DNA of 36,640 nucleotides from Micropepsaceae bacterium (GTDB lineage: Bacteria; Pseudomonadota; Alphaproteobacteria; Micropepsales; Micropepsaceae): positions 1-36,640 of the forward strand of contig DASQIQ010000252.1 of NCBI GenBank assembly GCA_035631495.1, read 5' to 3'. Position numbers and translations under genes: made by a program. This document shows positions 36,214-36,640 of this stretch, one piece after another (the first letter of the stretch is position 1; every line of letters starts with the position of its first letter). Under the pieces are notes generated by a model, which was not told the origin of the DNA, made no database searches, and saw only the letters and a list, made by a program, of their open reading frames with translations.

Positions 36214-36330
36214 TCACCATGGCCGGGCTTGACCCGGCCACCCAGCACGCCCGCGTCTGCGGGCGATAGAATCCTCTCGGCGCGCGGACGCGCGCCCGCT
36301 GGATGGCCGCCTCAGGGGCGGCCATGGTGA
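36214..36330. repeat. 117-bp MITE/REP-like palindromic element
   Basis: 11-bp terminal inverted repeats (tcaccatggcc / ggccatggtga) enclose four GC-rich hairpins at 36221-36239, 36248-36265, 36279-36296 and 36303-36325. Confidence 0.6.
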
Positions 36331-36339
36331 TGGATGGTG

Positions 36340-36640
36340 TTACGCCGCGGGCTTGTTCACGTCGGGCGCAAGGATGCAGTTCGTCTCGATGGGCGCATTG
36401 GGAGCGCCGCGCAGCACCCTGCGGTCGCGCGAGACGAGTCTGTAGCCCGTCTTGCTGCAAGTGATCTGCACCAGCTTGGGATCGACGCTCTTGGAGAAGC
36501 CGGGAATGCGATAATGCCCCATATTGTCGGCTTGCACGACGAAGCTGGATCCCTTCGCCGTGGTGGCCGTGATGGAGGCGTTGGGAATCGTCTTACCCTT
36601 GGAGTCGCGGACGAAGCCAAAATAGGGCACGCCGTCGTCG
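36340..36640 (-). CDS. CarboxypepD_reg-like domain protein, N-terminus outside the window
   Basis: The frame is open to the window edge (..DDGVPYFGFVRDSKGKTIPNASITATTAKGSSFVVQADNMGHYRIPGF), the typical beta-sandwich pattern. Confidence 0.6.
   Translation of the reverse strand, partial: DDGVPYFGFVRDSKGKTIPNASITATTAKGSSFVVQADNMGHYRIPGFSKSVDPKLVQITCSKTGYRLVSRDRRVLRGAPNAPIETNCILAPDVNKPAA

Noticed and set aside
1-36640. Looked for CRISPR repeats, tRNA/rRNA/tmRNA, IS elements, integrases, toxin-antitoxin pairs and known defence-system hallmarks.
   Set aside because: None was recognisable by eye. Apart from the DUF559 cassette and the 117-bp palindromic element, there is no sign of mobile or accessory DNA.

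Overview
High-GC alphaproteobacterial (Hyphomicrobiales-like) chromosomal DNA, densely coded and mostly housekeeping or envelope genes. I saw no transposase, integrase, CRISPR array, tRNA or rRNA. Gene order: holA (5' truncated) and hisF; a double-PilZ protein; a small secreted protein; a PAS_5 protein; two divergent rhomboid proteases around a small basic ORF; DUF4389; an M13 (PepO-like) metallopeptidase; two tandem IalB-family proteins; a macA-macB-nodT efflux operon; an Rrf2 regulator; three tandem orphan ModA-like binding proteins; the general stress response (GSR) core nepR-ecfG-kinase / phyR with small stress proteins (DUF1328 x2, DUF1345, DUF883, YqjE-like); an AI-2E transporter; an NHEJ locus (ku, DUF559 cassette, ligD, DUF3309); an orphan ClpX-zinc-finger protein with DUF1801; a long-form acyl-CoA dehydrogenase; and a secreted CarboxypepD_reg / CXXCH / beta-propeller protein.

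Main observations, all read directly from the sequence:
1. Seven perfect EcfG-type promoters (GGAAC-N16/17-CGTT) lie between 18.7 and 26.7 kb, all intergenic and correctly oriented. One is a face-to-face overlapping pair that would put ku under GSR control.
2. ligD is split into PE and Lig-Pol ORFs exactly at an A9 tract that carries the dnaX-type A_AAA_AAG slippery heptamer. A -1 shift, or one extra A, restores a canonical ~890-aa PE-Lig-Pol LigD.
3. A DUF559 endonuclease-fold ORF sits between ku and ligD, bounded by 36-nt inverted repeats (34/36 identical) whose 23-nt cores are perfect hairpins.
4. A 117-bp MITE/REP-like element with 11-bp terminal inverted repeats and four internal hairpins lies near the 3' end of the window.

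I found no convincing evidence of a wholly new multi-gene system. The most novel candidates are the possible recoding or phase switch in ligD and the architecture of the GSR-NHEJ wiring.
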